Source of the DNA: Tubulanus polymorphus
Lineage: Eukaryota > Animalia > Nemertea
Direction of reading: 5' to 3'
NCBI RefSeq assembly: GCF_964204645.1
Contig: NC_134034.1
Span: 4,686,914-4,750,913, forward strand
Length of the DNA: 64,000 nucleotides
The notes below the pieces were generated by a model. That model was not told the DNA's origin, searched no databases, and saw only the letters and a list, made by a program, of their open reading frames with translations. Below are positions 45,974 to 56,255 of the stretch, in pieces. The stretch's first letter is position 1. Each line of letters starts with the position of its first letter. The position numbers and the translations under genes are program-made.

Positions 45974-47062
45974 ATGATGAAAAAAGAACAATATTTGAGA
46001 GATTTATATTATAACCCAGAAAGTGAAGTATCATATTCAAGTGTTTCGGAATTATGGGATAAAATTAAATCTGATAAAGAAAAAATAAAATATAGTGAAT
46101 TAAAATCATGGTTACAAAATCAACCAACATATCAAATCCACAAGAAAATGGATAAAAAATATTTAACAAGAAAAGTTATGGTTTCATATATTGACCAACA
46201 ATGGCAAGCTGATTTAATTGACATGAAAAACTTAGAAGAATATAACAAAGGATATTTTTGGATACTAAATGTTATAGATATATTCAGTAGATACGCATGG
46301 AGTATCCCGATTAAAAATAAAACTGGAATAGAAGTGACAAATGCTTTTAAATCAATATTTAAAGAAGCTATTCCAGATAAGATACAATTTGATGAAGGTA
46401 AAGAATTTTATAACAAACATTTCAAAAAACTATTATCTGATAACGATGTAGAATATTTTTCAACACATTCAGATAAAAAAGCATCTATTATAGAAAGATT
46501 TAATAAAACATTGAAATCTAGAATGTGGAAATATTTTACTGCTAATGAAACATATAAATATATCGATGTGTTAGATGATTTGGTGAAAGGTTATAATAAT
46601 TCTAAACATAGTTCTATAAATATGAAACCTATACAAGCTAGAAAAGAAGATAATTCGGAAATAGTTTGGAATAATTTATATGGTGCGTTTGTTACACATG
46701 ATTTCGGCGAACCTAAATTTAAAATAGGACAACATGTTAGAATTTCTAAATATCGAAAAACATTTTATAAAGGTTATACCCCTCATTTTACTGAAGAAAT
46801 ATTTAAAATTAAAAAGATAATATTAACTAAACCATTTGTTTATAAATTAGAAGATCTAAAAGATGAAGAAATATTAGGTTATTTTTATGAACAAGAATTA
46901 TCATTAGTACCAAATCCAGATGAAATAGAATACAAAATAGAAAAGGTATTGAAAACAAAAACTCTTAAAGGAAAAAAGTATTCTTTGGTGAAATATAAAG
47001 GATATGATGATAAATTTAATGAATGGATTTTATCTAGTAAAATTAAAAGAATAAATGAATAA
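45974..47062 (+). CDS. rve integrase with chromodomain (C)
   Basis: Intact DDE triad and chromodomain. Confidence 0.94.
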   Translation: MMKKEQYLRDLYYNPESEVSYSSVSELWDKIKSDKEKIKYSELKSWLQNQPTYQIHKKMDKKYLTRKVMVSYIDQQWQADLIDMKNLEEYNKGYFWILNVIDIFSRYAWSIPIKNKTGIEVTNAFKSIFKEAIPDKIQFDEGKEFYNKHFKKLLSDNDVEYFSTHSDKKASIIERFNKTLKSRMWKYFTANETYKYIDVLDDLVKGYNNSKHSSINMKPIQARKEDNSEIVWNNLYGAFVTHDFGEPKFKIGQHVRISKYRKTFYKGYTPHFTEEIFKIKKIILTKPFVYKLEDLKDEEILGYFYEQELSLVPNPDEIEYKIEKVLKTKTLKGKKYSLVKYKGYDDKFNEWILSSKIKRINE

Positions 47063-47669
47063 AGATTTGTTTATATTTGAACCACATAATATGTTAGTTA
47101 CTGGAGTTACAAATTGTGGTAAAACACACTTCATATTATATTTATTAGAAACTATTTATAAAAATCATTTTGATAATATAATATTATTCTGCCCAACTTA
47201 TGAAATGAATGAAACGTATAATAGAGATATAGTTTTTAAAGATAAAAAGTTTATTATATTAAATTCTAAAACAGTAAAAGATAATTTAGATAATTGTATT
47301 AAAATTGCATTAGATATTTATAAAGGATCTAATACATTATTTATTATTGATGATTGCGCAAATTTACATGATTCTAAAATTAGAGAAAGTGAGTTATGTT
47401 ATTTAGCTTTCTCTGGTAGACATTTTGGGATAACAACATGGGTTTTAAATCAGAAATATAATTCAATTGTGAAAGATTTTAGAGAGAATATAAGATTTCT
47501 AGTTTTATTTTATAACAAAGATAAAAAATCTATGCAACAATCATTGGAAGAAAATCAAATTATACCTACTGAATTACATGATGAATATATGAATAAATTA
47601 AAGAATAATAAAGGTTCAAAATTATTAATGAGATTACAATTTCCCTATGAATATAAATTTATAAAATAA
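47055..47669 (+). CDS. A32-like packaging ATPase (C)
   Basis: Walker A and B motifs. Confidence 0.9.
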   Translation: MNKDLFIFEPHNMLVTGVTNCGKTHFILYLLETIYKNHFDNIILFCPTYEMNETYNRDIVFKDKKFIILNSKTVKDNLDNCIKIALDIYKGSNTLFIIDDCANLHDSKIRESELCYLAFSGRHFGITTWVLNQKYNSIVKDFRENIRFLVLFYNKDKKSMQQSLEENQIIPTELHDEYMNKLKNNKGSKLLMRLQFPYEYKFIK

Positions 47670-47685
47670 AATCCTAATTCAAAAT

Positions 47686-48064
47686 ATTATAGAATTCACT
47701 GTATACTAATGGATGAATGGATGAGTTGGATGAATTGGATGAATTGGATGAGTGGATGAATGGATGAGTGTAATAATATATAATTTACATATGTTTTTTT
47801 ATTTTTTAAACAGTAAGAGTTTGATTTGAAGTTATTTTATCAATTTTATACTATATTTAAATATTATTTTAATAATATATATATATTGTGTTAAATTTAA
47901 TAAAGAATATAAATATTATATTTATACTCATACTATTCTTCCAATTTATGTGTTAAAAAGTAAAATATATATATTATTATACTCATCTACTCTTCCACTC
48001 ATCCAACTCATCCAACTCTTCCAACTCATCCATTCATCCATCAATATACAGTGAATTCTATAAT
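47686..48064. repeat. Inverted repeat with arms built of GGATGA(G/A)TT units, between convergent gene blocks (C)
   Basis: attatagaattcactgtata..(ggatgagtt)n ... (aactcatcc)n..tatacagtgaattctataat. Confidence 0.9.
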
Positions 48065-48068
48065 CTTT

Positions 48069-49100
48069 TTAATTTTCATTTTCATATTTTTCTTTAAGCT
48101 TATTGTATTCTAAATATATATCCCTTTGCATTTTCTTTGGTATAATTCCTAAATAATTCTCGAGTTTATATTTATTGAATGTTTTTCTTGAAAATATTTT
48201 TGGAATATAATTTTCGATTTCAGTTTTAGATGGATGTTTATTTAAAAATTCTCTAAAATCATCATATTTAAGTTCAAATAAGTTCATTGCATAAGTAACA
48301 TTTGGTTTAAAGTTATCTAACTTTTTCAATATGGTAACTATATCATTACTCAATAAATAATCTATAAATGTTTTTCTATACCACCGATAATCTAATATAT
48401 TCTTTTTATTAAATTTTGGATTTATAACTGTTGGATTTTCTATTACATTATCTGTACCAATATGTTTAATTGAGTATTTATGATTCAATTGTTTATCATA
48501 TATTACATGTTCTTTACATTTTTCACACCAAGATTTAAATACTTGTATTGCATGGGCTGAATCATTTCCACCTTTTGTTTTTAATTTATAATGTTTTGCC
48601 CAATTAGCCTTTGTTATACATTCATTACAGAAGGCACAATAATTCTGATCCTCTTTGCATTTATCTTTATATATATTGGCATATGTTTTTACTAATTGTA
48701 AAATATGTTCATCTTTTTTGATGTGTAATAAATAATCATTATAATTATCAAAATCTTCTTCACAATACATACATCTGATGTTATCTTTTGGTTGAACATT
48801 TGATTTTTCTATTTTAGGTTCAATATTATATTCTATTTTTGTTTCAATCTTATCATCATTCGATGTAGAAGGTATAACATTATCTTCTATTTTAGATTCA
48901 ATATCATTCTTATCTTCTATTTTAGGTTCAATATTATCTTCTATTTTTGTTTCAATATTCTTATCTATTTTACTTATTCTATATTTGAATTGATTAATGT
49001 AATCTCCAAAATACTTACTGTATTCATCATAAGGTAATATATAATATATATCTGATATCATTTCACTTGGAGATTGTATTTCATATATTCCATCTTCCAT
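48069..49100 (-). CDS. Variable multi-Zn-finger protein, 343 aa (C)
   Basis: CMYC..H....H, CAFC..H and CEKC..H fingers; IEPKIEDN repeats. Confidence 0.75.
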   Translation of the reverse strand: MEDGIYEIQSPSEMISDIYYILPYDEYSKYFGDYINQFKYRISKIDKNIETKIEDNIEPKIEDKNDIESKIEDNVIPSTSNDDKIETKIEYNIEPKIEKSNVQPKDNIRCMYCEEDFDNYNDYLLHIKKDEHILQLVKTYANIYKDKCKEDQNYCAFCNECITKANWAKHYKLKTKGGNDSAHAIQVFKSWCEKCKEHVIYDKQLNHKYSIKHIGTDNVIENPTVINPKFNKKNILDYRWYRKTFIDYLLSNDIVTILKKLDNFKPNVTYAMNLFELKYDDFREFLNKHPSKTEIENYIPKIFSRKTFNKYKLENYLGIIPKKMQRDIYLEYNKLKEKYENEN

Positions 49101-49131
49101 TTAATATATATATTTTATTAAAGTTAAAATT

Positions 49132-50379
49132 TTAATACATAACACTATCTAATTGTGAATTTACAATATTTAATTGTGCGTCAGATATAATATAAATGTG
49201 CATTTTAAAATTTTTGATTCCTTTATTCTTTGTCATGAATAATTGTATTCCATCTTTAGTGTTTTGTAATTTTTTTCCAGAACCATGTAATGAATTATCT
49301 TCAGTTGTTCTAAAATCTAACCATAATGCATATTTATTACCGGTATAATAATCAATTTGATTAATGTTACAATTTTCAAATGATTTTATTTTTTCATTCA
49401 TAAAATGTTTTTTAATTTCTACCCATTGATCAATCATTCTCATTCCTTGACAAAATATTTTATTTGCTATACCTTCGATAGTTATTTCTACTTTTGTTAT
49501 TTCAGGATTATAATAATTGTCAACATTTATTGCGCCATTAGTATACGTTCCAATAGTAAAAAATATTAATATACCTTTAATAGATCTTCTAGGAAAGTTA
49601 ATATTCTCATTAATTATTTCATCATTTGCATTAATAGTTACAGTTTTAAATTTATCAATATAATCATATAATAATGAAAACCCTTGATTGTATTGAGTTT
49701 GAATTATACTTGAAATATTTTCATCAGTTACTGTATCATATTCTAAACATATATTCGATAATTTATAACTCATATCTTTATTAACGCTAGATAATACAAT
49801 TTCATTTACAGGAGCAAATGTTATTTCAAATATAACGTCTTCTTGAATTGCGTATTTATATAAAGGTGCATTATTATTTATCAATTCAAAGTCTAATGGA
49901 ATTTTATATTTACTTCCATATATACTTTTTATCAATTTATCTACATCATTAGTTAATATTGCGCTATTAGCTTCTGATCTTAATTTATTTTGGTTTTCTG
50001 ATTGAATACCCTGAAATATCATATTATTTCTATTTTCTTTAGTTAACCATAAATCTTTATAATGCATAAATAAATTATAATCATCTAATGAGAAAACTGT
50101 TTCTGGACCAATCTTTATTGTTAACTTTTTAATCAAATATCTTCCAACATTATCAACGACATAATTATTATTATTACCGATTACTTTTATATCGGCTGAT
50201 AAATAAATACTGTTTGGAACATAAAAAGTATTTTGTGTTAATCGAGGAATCCTCACATATAAAGTTTCATCGGGATTAATATTTGAAGGGTTATGAGTAA
50301 TTATATGATGTGATCTTTCTGCTTTAATAGCATTAGATATTCTAGAAATCTTGGAAGGACTTATATAACTCCCACTCAT
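49132..50379 (-). CDS. Major capsid protein (C)
   Basis: 415 aa, intact, near-identical to 31060..32307. Confidence 0.8.
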   Translation of the reverse strand: MSGSYISPSKISRISNAIKAERSHHIITHNPSNINPDETLYVRIPRLTQNTFYVPNSIYLSADIKVIGNNNNYVVDNVGRYLIKKLTIKIGPETVFSLDDYNLFMHYKDLWLTKENRNNMIFQGIQSENQNKLRSEANSAILTNDVDKLIKSIYGSKYKIPLDFELINNNAPLYKYAIQEDVIFEITFAPVNEIVLSSVNKDMSYKLSNICLEYDTVTDENISSIIQTQYNQGFSLLYDYIDKFKTVTINANDEIINENINFPRRSIKGILIFFTIGTYTNGAINVDNYYNPEITKVEITIEGIANKIFCQGMRMIDQWVEIKKHFMNEKIKSFENCNINQIDYYTGNKYALWLDFRTTEDNSLHGSGKKLQNTKDGIQLFMTKNKGIKNFKMHIYIISDAQLNIVNSQLDSVMY

Positions 50380-50478
50380 TTATTTAACAAAAAAAATTAA
50401 TTATTTATTTTTTGATACAATGGTTTACTTGATATTTTTTGATATCATGGTTTACTTGATATTTTTTGATATCATGGT

Positions 50479-52203
50479 TTACTTGATATTTTTTGATATC
50501 ATATTTACTAACCCAAAAATAATAGCACTTACAACTGTAATTAAAAATAAAATAATATGTTCAGCAGCAAAGTTAAGAATATTCCCAGCAGATTTCAATA
50601 TAAAACCAACAATTGAAGCAATAACTCCTGGCAATGCTGCAGCAGATTTTTTAGATAGTTCCCATAAATATTTTGCTAATTTCTTTAAACCATCCTTAAC
50701 TTTATCTTGTATAGAATTATTACCTGGAGGTTTATCTGGTTTATTGGGAGTGGGAGTAGGAGTAGATTTCAAAGCATTTGATATTGCTAAACCAATTGTT
50801 GTAAATAACATAGTAACAGCTGTTAGAATTGAAAGAATTGTTATTCCTTCTAATTTAAATAATAACTTTATTCTGTCTTTTAATGATATTTCAGAATCTG
50901 GTTTTATCAACAAATCTTTAAAAATAACTTTTAATTTTTTAATATGATTAAGATCATATGATTTTAATAATGTATCTCTTTCTTTTTCCTGTAATTCTTT
51001 GTTATATTTTAAATCATCTATTTCTTTTTCTAAAGCTAACTTTCTGCTTTCATAATCAGCTTCCTCGATTAATTGAAGATCTCTATTTAATTCTAATTGT
51101 TTTAATTCTTCATTTGCATTAGTTAATTCTTTTTCTAACATGGTTATTTTAGAAAATCTCATCTTAATATTAGCAATTTCACCAGCTGATTCTTGCATAC
51201 CTTTAATTTCTCTACGTGTTTTTTCAGGAAATGCTTCTAATTCTTCATCAGTTAAATCAAGTAATCCTTTTTTTAGTAAAGATTGTATTCGATTTATTCC
51301 AGTTTCAGAACCAGATGTATCTGATATACTATTCATCAGTTCTTCTGAATCTCTTAATCTATCAATTTGTTTTTCAAATGTTAATTGTAATTGACTTGAA
51401 TCATTATCAATTTGTTGAGTGTCTCTTCTCGATGTTTCTGGTGTTGAATTTCTTAATTTATCTAATCGATGTGCAAAATCTTCATCAGTTTCTGGATCAA
51501 CATCAGTAGGATTTGGATTTGGATTTTTAAATGGTGAATATTTGTTTATATCAATATTAGGAATTGGTTCTTCTTCATTTATTCTATCGATTGCATTCCA
51601 TATAATTCTGAGAAATTCTCTACCACCTTTTGAACCTTCAATTGTAGATAATGCTCGCATTCCAGGTTCAAAAATATTTTCTTGACCCATTCTAGATAAT
51701 TGAATTGATACGGTATTCCTATTTAATTCAAGATTATAATACCATGCATCATTTTTAAATTCTAAATTATTAGTGAAATATGGGTCATCTTTAAAAATTT
51801 GTTCTACAACATCTTCAGTATCAATTTCATCTATTACAATTTTTGGTAATAATTCGTTAACAATTGTATCTGTTACTCTAGATTTCATTCTATATAATTC
51901 CATAGGTTTATCAGGATATTTTTCTTGTTGTTTTACTAATACATTCATAAATTCTTTTCTTTCTGTTCTAGTTGAAATTCTACCACTTTCAGGAGCTTCT
52001 AAATATTTATTTAATTTTTCACGTACTTCGGCATTAATTCCATCATCATCATAATCATCATCTTCACCTAAATAAGTATTATATGCTGATTCACTACCAT
52101 CATCAATATTAGCACCTGCATCATTATAATCATCATCAATATATCCTTCATTATCATTTCCCATGTCATCCAATGGAATATCTTCTCCACCTTCTACATC
52201 CAT
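50479..52203 (-). CDS. Acidic/coiled-coil protein with C-terminal TM helices (C)
   Basis: C-terminal ~330 aa near-identical to B; N-terminal half unrelated. Confidence 0.78.
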   Translation of the reverse strand: MDVEGGEDIPLDDMGNDNEGYIDDDYNDAGANIDDGSESAYNTYLGEDDDYDDDGINAEVREKLNKYLEAPESGRISTRTERKEFMNVLVKQQEKYPDKPMELYRMKSRVTDTIVNELLPKIVIDEIDTEDVVEQIFKDDPYFTNNLEFKNDAWYYNLELNRNTVSIQLSRMGQENIFEPGMRALSTIEGSKGGREFLRIIWNAIDRINEEEPIPNIDINKYSPFKNPNPNPTDVDPETDEDFAHRLDKLRNSTPETSRRDTQQIDNDSSQLQLTFEKQIDRLRDSEELMNSISDTSGSETGINRIQSLLKKGLLDLTDEELEAFPEKTRREIKGMQESAGEIANIKMRFSKITMLEKELTNANEELKQLELNRDLQLIEEADYESRKLALEKEIDDLKYNKELQEKERDTLLKSYDLNHIKKLKVIFKDLLIKPDSEISLKDRIKLLFKLEGITILSILTAVTMLFTTIGLAISNALKSTPTPTPNKPDKPPGNNSIQDKVKDGLKKLAKYLWELSKKSAAALPGVIASIVGFILKSAGNILNFAAEHIILFLITVVSAIIFGLVNMISKNIK

Positions 52204-52219
52204 TTACATAATAAAAAAA

Positions 52220-53608
52220 TTAAAATTTAAAATATAATATTCCTCCGATTACAATTCCTATACAAGTTATAGCTAATTTAGTATTTTCATGGGATTTATT
52301 ATCATCATTTAGTTTAATTATATCATGTTGAATTTTATCAGTTTTAATATTTTCTGATGTATTATAATCTTTTATTTTGGAATCATTAACCAATTTAATA
52401 TTCTTAGTTTTAGTTTCAGTTGATTGAATATGTTTTTTATTTTTTTCACCTTCCATTAATTTTGGAGCAGTAATAATCTTTTTATTTATATCATTCAATC
52501 CAAATGAATTATTTATTGTTGCAGTTTTAATTAGATTATTATAACCAATTATATTTCCCATCTTTAATACTAAATCATTAGAAATAATTAATAGATTAGG
52601 GCCTATACAATAATTTAGTCTTACATGAGATTTATCTAAATAATTTTGATATCTTATAATGTTTTCTGGAATCGATCTATTTTTATCATTATGTATGGAA
52701 TCTTCAAATAAAACTTTAAATTGTTTTTGTGTATCGAATGATGTATTCAAATTTCCAATTATTGGTGATCTTGTTTCAACTTGCGCACCTAAAATACATA
52801 TCAAATAAGTTCTAATAGATTGATTTATTCTTTCTATACCTGATTTAGTAAAACCTTCACTATTTTCTAAAATAAAATAAACCCAACCATTATTGTTTTC
52901 TTGTTTTAAATTATCATAAAATTTCGGTAATTTATTAAAATTTAATGTTTCTAAATCCTTTGTTTCTATTTTACCATAACCTAATTTATTATTATAGATA
53001 TTATAAAAACTATTAGATGGTATGGGAAGTGCACAATATTCTGCAATCTTTCTAGGGCAAGGAAGTGATCTTATTGTTCCAATTTTTGTTCTAAAATCAG
53101 AATTATTTATATCTATATTAAATTCATTGCAAATTTTATAAAACTTAGATACATTAATATTATTATCTAATTCTTTAAAATATCTTGATCCTGGTAAAGC
53201 GCACTCTAATTCATTTAATATTATTCTGATTTGAAAGTATGTATGAAATCTAAATAAACTTTGAATTAATTTATATTTAGAATTATTCAAATGATCATTC
53301 CAACTAATTCCACATCCTGTTGTTGCACAATAAACAGCAAAATTTAATTGATTCTGCCAATACTTCATATTAGATTTTAATAACCATTGTTTTTCATCTT
53401 TCAATTTTTTAAAATTAATTAAATATACATGAAATATATTTTCCATCTTTGCATTAAAATTATTAGTTTCAGTAACATAAATATATAAATCAATTAATGA
53501 ATCTAAAACTTCATTTCTATATGTAATATCTTTATTAAAATCTATTGCTGGAATATTATATTTAATTGATTTATTATATTGGAAAGCTTTTGGAAAACTA
53601 TCTACCAT
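52220..53608 (-). CDS. Conserved 462-aa protein with C-terminal TM anchor (C)
   Basis: Intact ortholog of 16733. Confidence 0.8.
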   Translation of the reverse strand: MVDSFPKAFQYNKSIKYNIPAIDFNKDITYRNEVLDSLIDLYIYVTETNNFNAKMENIFHVYLINFKKLKDEKQWLLKSNMKYWQNQLNFAVYCATTGCGISWNDHLNNSKYKLIQSLFRFHTYFQIRIILNELECALPGSRYFKELDNNINVSKFYKICNEFNIDINNSDFRTKIGTIRSLPCPRKIAEYCALPIPSNSFYNIYNNKLGYGKIETKDLETLNFNKLPKFYDNLKQENNNGWVYFILENSEGFTKSGIERINQSIRTYLICILGAQVETRSPIIGNLNTSFDTQKQFKVLFEDSIHNDKNRSIPENIIRYQNYLDKSHVRLNYCIGPNLLIISNDLVLKMGNIIGYNNLIKTATINNSFGLNDINKKIITAPKLMEGEKNKKHIQSTETKTKNIKLVNDSKIKDYNTSENIKTDKIQHDIIKLNDDNKSHENTKLAITCIGIVIGGILYFKF

Positions 53609-53625
53609 TTATATAATTAAAAAAA

Positions 53626-54060
53626 TTAATAATTTATTAATTCTTTTAATAATTTATCTTGTTCTTCAACTGTTATATGACCATTTAAACTTATTATATA
53701 ATCTAGTGTGTTCTTTAATTTATTAATTTCTTTTATATTAGTTTTAATTTTTTCTTTATTACTTTTTATATTTAATTTTGAACTTATACCAGTTAAAACA
53801 CTTGAACTTAATCCTAATACACCAATTGATATAGCTAAAGGTGTTAATGGGCTGAATATTGCTAGAAATGTTATTACAGAACTAATTGTAACCGAACCAC
53901 TTATAATCAAATAATATATAATTTTACTTTTTAGATATTTTTTCTTTTTTATCTTTAAGTCACTTTCAAATTCTAATATTTGTTTTTCTAAATATGTTTT
54001 TAATTTAGTTTTATTTATATCATGAGGAATAATATCAATACTATCAACTTTATCTTCCAT
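53626..54060 (-). CDS. Two-TM protein (C)
   Basis: Intact. Confidence 0.8.
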   Translation of the reverse strand: MEDKVDSIDIIPHDINKTKLKTYLEKQILEFESDLKIKKKKYLKSKIIYYLIISGSVTISSVITFLAIFSPLTPLAISIGVLGLSSSVLTGISSKLNIKSNKEKIKTNIKEINKLKNTLDYIISLNGHITVEEQDKLLKELINY

Positions 54061-54079
54061 TTATTTAGAATAGAAATTA

Positions 54080-54502
54080 CTAATTAGTAAACTTATAAGC
54101 AACAAATATAACAATAACAGTTCCACCTAAAATCCATATTATTTCATATTTCTGTTGTTCTTTACTTGGGGTATAATAATCTGATAATTTAGGTTTGTAT
54201 AGATGTAATTTTTCTTTATTTGTTACTGCGTTATATAAACTCATTGCATCATCAACTGATTGAAAATCTCTATGTGAAATCTTCTGATCATATAATTCTT
54301 TATTCATGTAATCCATATAGTTTTGTCTCTTTTCTCTATATTCTTCTGCAGCTTTATTGTATTTCTCTAACGCTAAGTTATGTCTTCTTTGTTCTCCTAA
54401 TGAACTATTTTTATCAATATGTTTAAATAAATAACCACCACCAGTAAATGCTAAAGCGTTAACAATTGCCGATCCTATAATAGTTATAATTGCAGAAGCC
54501 AT
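54080..54502 (-). CDS. 140-aa membrane protein (C)
   Basis: Intact. Confidence 0.8.
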   Translation of the reverse strand: MASAIITIIGSAIVNALAFTGGGYLFKHIDKNSSLGEQRRHNLALEKYNKAAEEYREKRQNYMDYMNKELYDQKISHRDFQSVDDAMSLYNAVTNKEKLHLYKPKLSDYYTPSKEQQKYEIIWILGGTVIVIFVAYKFTN

Positions 54503-54526
54503 TTATTTAACAAAAAAATTATGCAT

Positions 54527-54748
54527 TTATATGGGAGGAATATATTTTTGTTTTTCCAAATAATCAATTGTTAAATTAGATAAAGTAACTGCTAATGTTA
54601 ATTTTAGAATATCATTTATATCAAATCTATCAACATTAACACTTCCCATTTTGAATACTTTTTTTAATACCATTGAATAACCAACCGTTCCAACTGATAG
54701 TAATGCGCCATTATATAATCCAGTTATTATCCACTTATTATCACTCAT
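54527..54748 (-). CDS. 73-aa hydrophobic protein (C)
   Basis: Intact, TAAATG start. Confidence 0.75.
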   Translation of the reverse strand: MSDNKWIITGLYNGALLSVGTVGYSMVLKKVFKMGSVNVDRFDINDILKLTLAVTLSNLTIDYLEKQKYIPPI

Positions 54749-55090
54749 TTATTTATCAAAAAAATTACTATCTTCAAAATATTTAGTTAACTTAGTGATG
54801 ATTAATTCAACATTTATTTTATTACTAGTTTTATGATTATCATATATTTTGGATAATATGTTTTTAATATCTTCAATAATTCCATCTTCATTTAATTCAT
54901 AATATTCTAAAGGTGATTTAATTAAATCAATTGCTTTTTCTATATTATACTTTTCTTTATCAATCATTGATGCATTGTTAAATGATTTACTTTTTATATC
55001 AGTAATTACATCATTTAGTTTAATTCTCATTTCTTTACCATGTTTAAAATCAAACCCAAAACATATACTCGGTCCAACAGTTATATTCAT
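54749..55090 (-). CDS. Hypothetical protein, 113 aa (C)
   Basis: Intact. Confidence 0.75.
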   Translation of the reverse strand: MNITVGPSICFGFDFKHGKEMRIKLNDVITDIKSKSFNNASMIDKEKYNIEKAIDLIKSPLEYYELNEDGIIEDIKNILSKIYDNHKTSNKINVELIITKLTKYFEDSNFFDK

Positions 55091-55107
55091 TTATATAGTG
55101 AAAAAAA

Positions 55108-55868
55108 TTACTCTTTACATCTTATAACTAATTCATAAATTACAGGAAAGTTATTCAAATCAATTAAGTATCCATTATGATTTCTAATTTCTAATCTAAA
55201 ATTATTAAAACGAGGAATGCATGGTTTGAAATCACATTCTGTTAAATTATAATTTATTTGCGTTCCAAATTCTTTAACATTTTTTAATGGTAAAATATTT
55301 AATATACTAGAATTACATGTTGTATCTTTAGTTGCTTCAAATGTTTTTGTTGGGTCAATTAAATTGCAATAAATATAAAAATGTGTAAAAGGTATTATAT
55401 TTGAAATACCTTCTACGTTTACTGTAACAACATCTGGTTCAATTCCTAGCAATTTAGCTATAGGTTTTTTTTTACCATAAATGCATGTTGACTTTCATCA
55501 AATACCTTTATTTTAATTCTATTTGAGCTATCACTTTTTATAAATCTGATTAAAAATTTATCATCTTTTCTAATTTTCAACCGTGCTCTACGATTAATTT
55601 CTTGAGATAATGTTTCTAAATTATATAATCCTGGTCTTAGAAATAGATGAAACCATTTATTTATATTTCTAATATGAATTAAAAAAGTATTATGTTCAAT
55701 AGTTTTATTCGATATATTGTAAAAAGAATTACATAAACTTATATTTACTAATTTTAAATCAACACAATTCTTGAATTCTCTATCTAATTGTATTAGTAAA
55801 TTATGAGATTTATAATTTGTAAGTTTTCTAGAATCTACAAATATTCTGTATTCTTTTAATTCCGCCAT
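55108..55868 (-). pseudogene. Minor capsid (penton-like) protein split at an A-run (C)
   Basis: 55458..55868 plus 55108..55452 together match 36670..37365. Confidence 0.72.
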
Positions 55869-55885
55869 TTATTTTACATATTTTC

Positions 55886-56227
55886 TTATTCGAAATCTAT
55901 TTCATGGTGCCCTTTTTCATTCTTACCTTTATATACGAAATAGAAATCTCCAGAATATAATTCTTCTAAATCTTCACTTGATAATCTATGAAATCTATCT
56001 GGTAAATAAGTTCTGAATTTATATTTATTTCCTTTTAATCCTTCATATTCTAAATGAATTACTAATTTATCTCCATATTTATTAGTAATTGTTTCAATGT
56101 TAGTAATTAAATATTTCTTGTGAATTGTTAATTCTGTTAACTTTTTGAATTTATAATCTACAGATTTGACGCTTGAAGTATCTTTAATTCTATCTAAGAA
56201 TTCACTGTGTACTTGTTTACTCTCCAT
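55886..56227 (-). CDS. Small possibly OB-fold protein (C)
   Basis: Ortholog of 20378. Confidence 0.55.
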   Translation of the reverse strand: MESKQVHSEFLDRIKDTSSVKSVDYKFKKLTELTIHKKYLITNIETITNKYGDKLVIHLEYEGLKGNKYKFRTYLPDRFHRLSSEDLEELYSGDFYFVYKGKNEKGHHEIDFE

Positions 56228-56255
56228 TTATTATACAAATTTTTATTGAAATTGA

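Noticed and set aside
50405-50500. ~28-bp tandem repeat at the end of the 574-aa gene (also ~15107-15165)
   Set aside because: Local slippage duplicating the stop region; absent in A and with no sign of function
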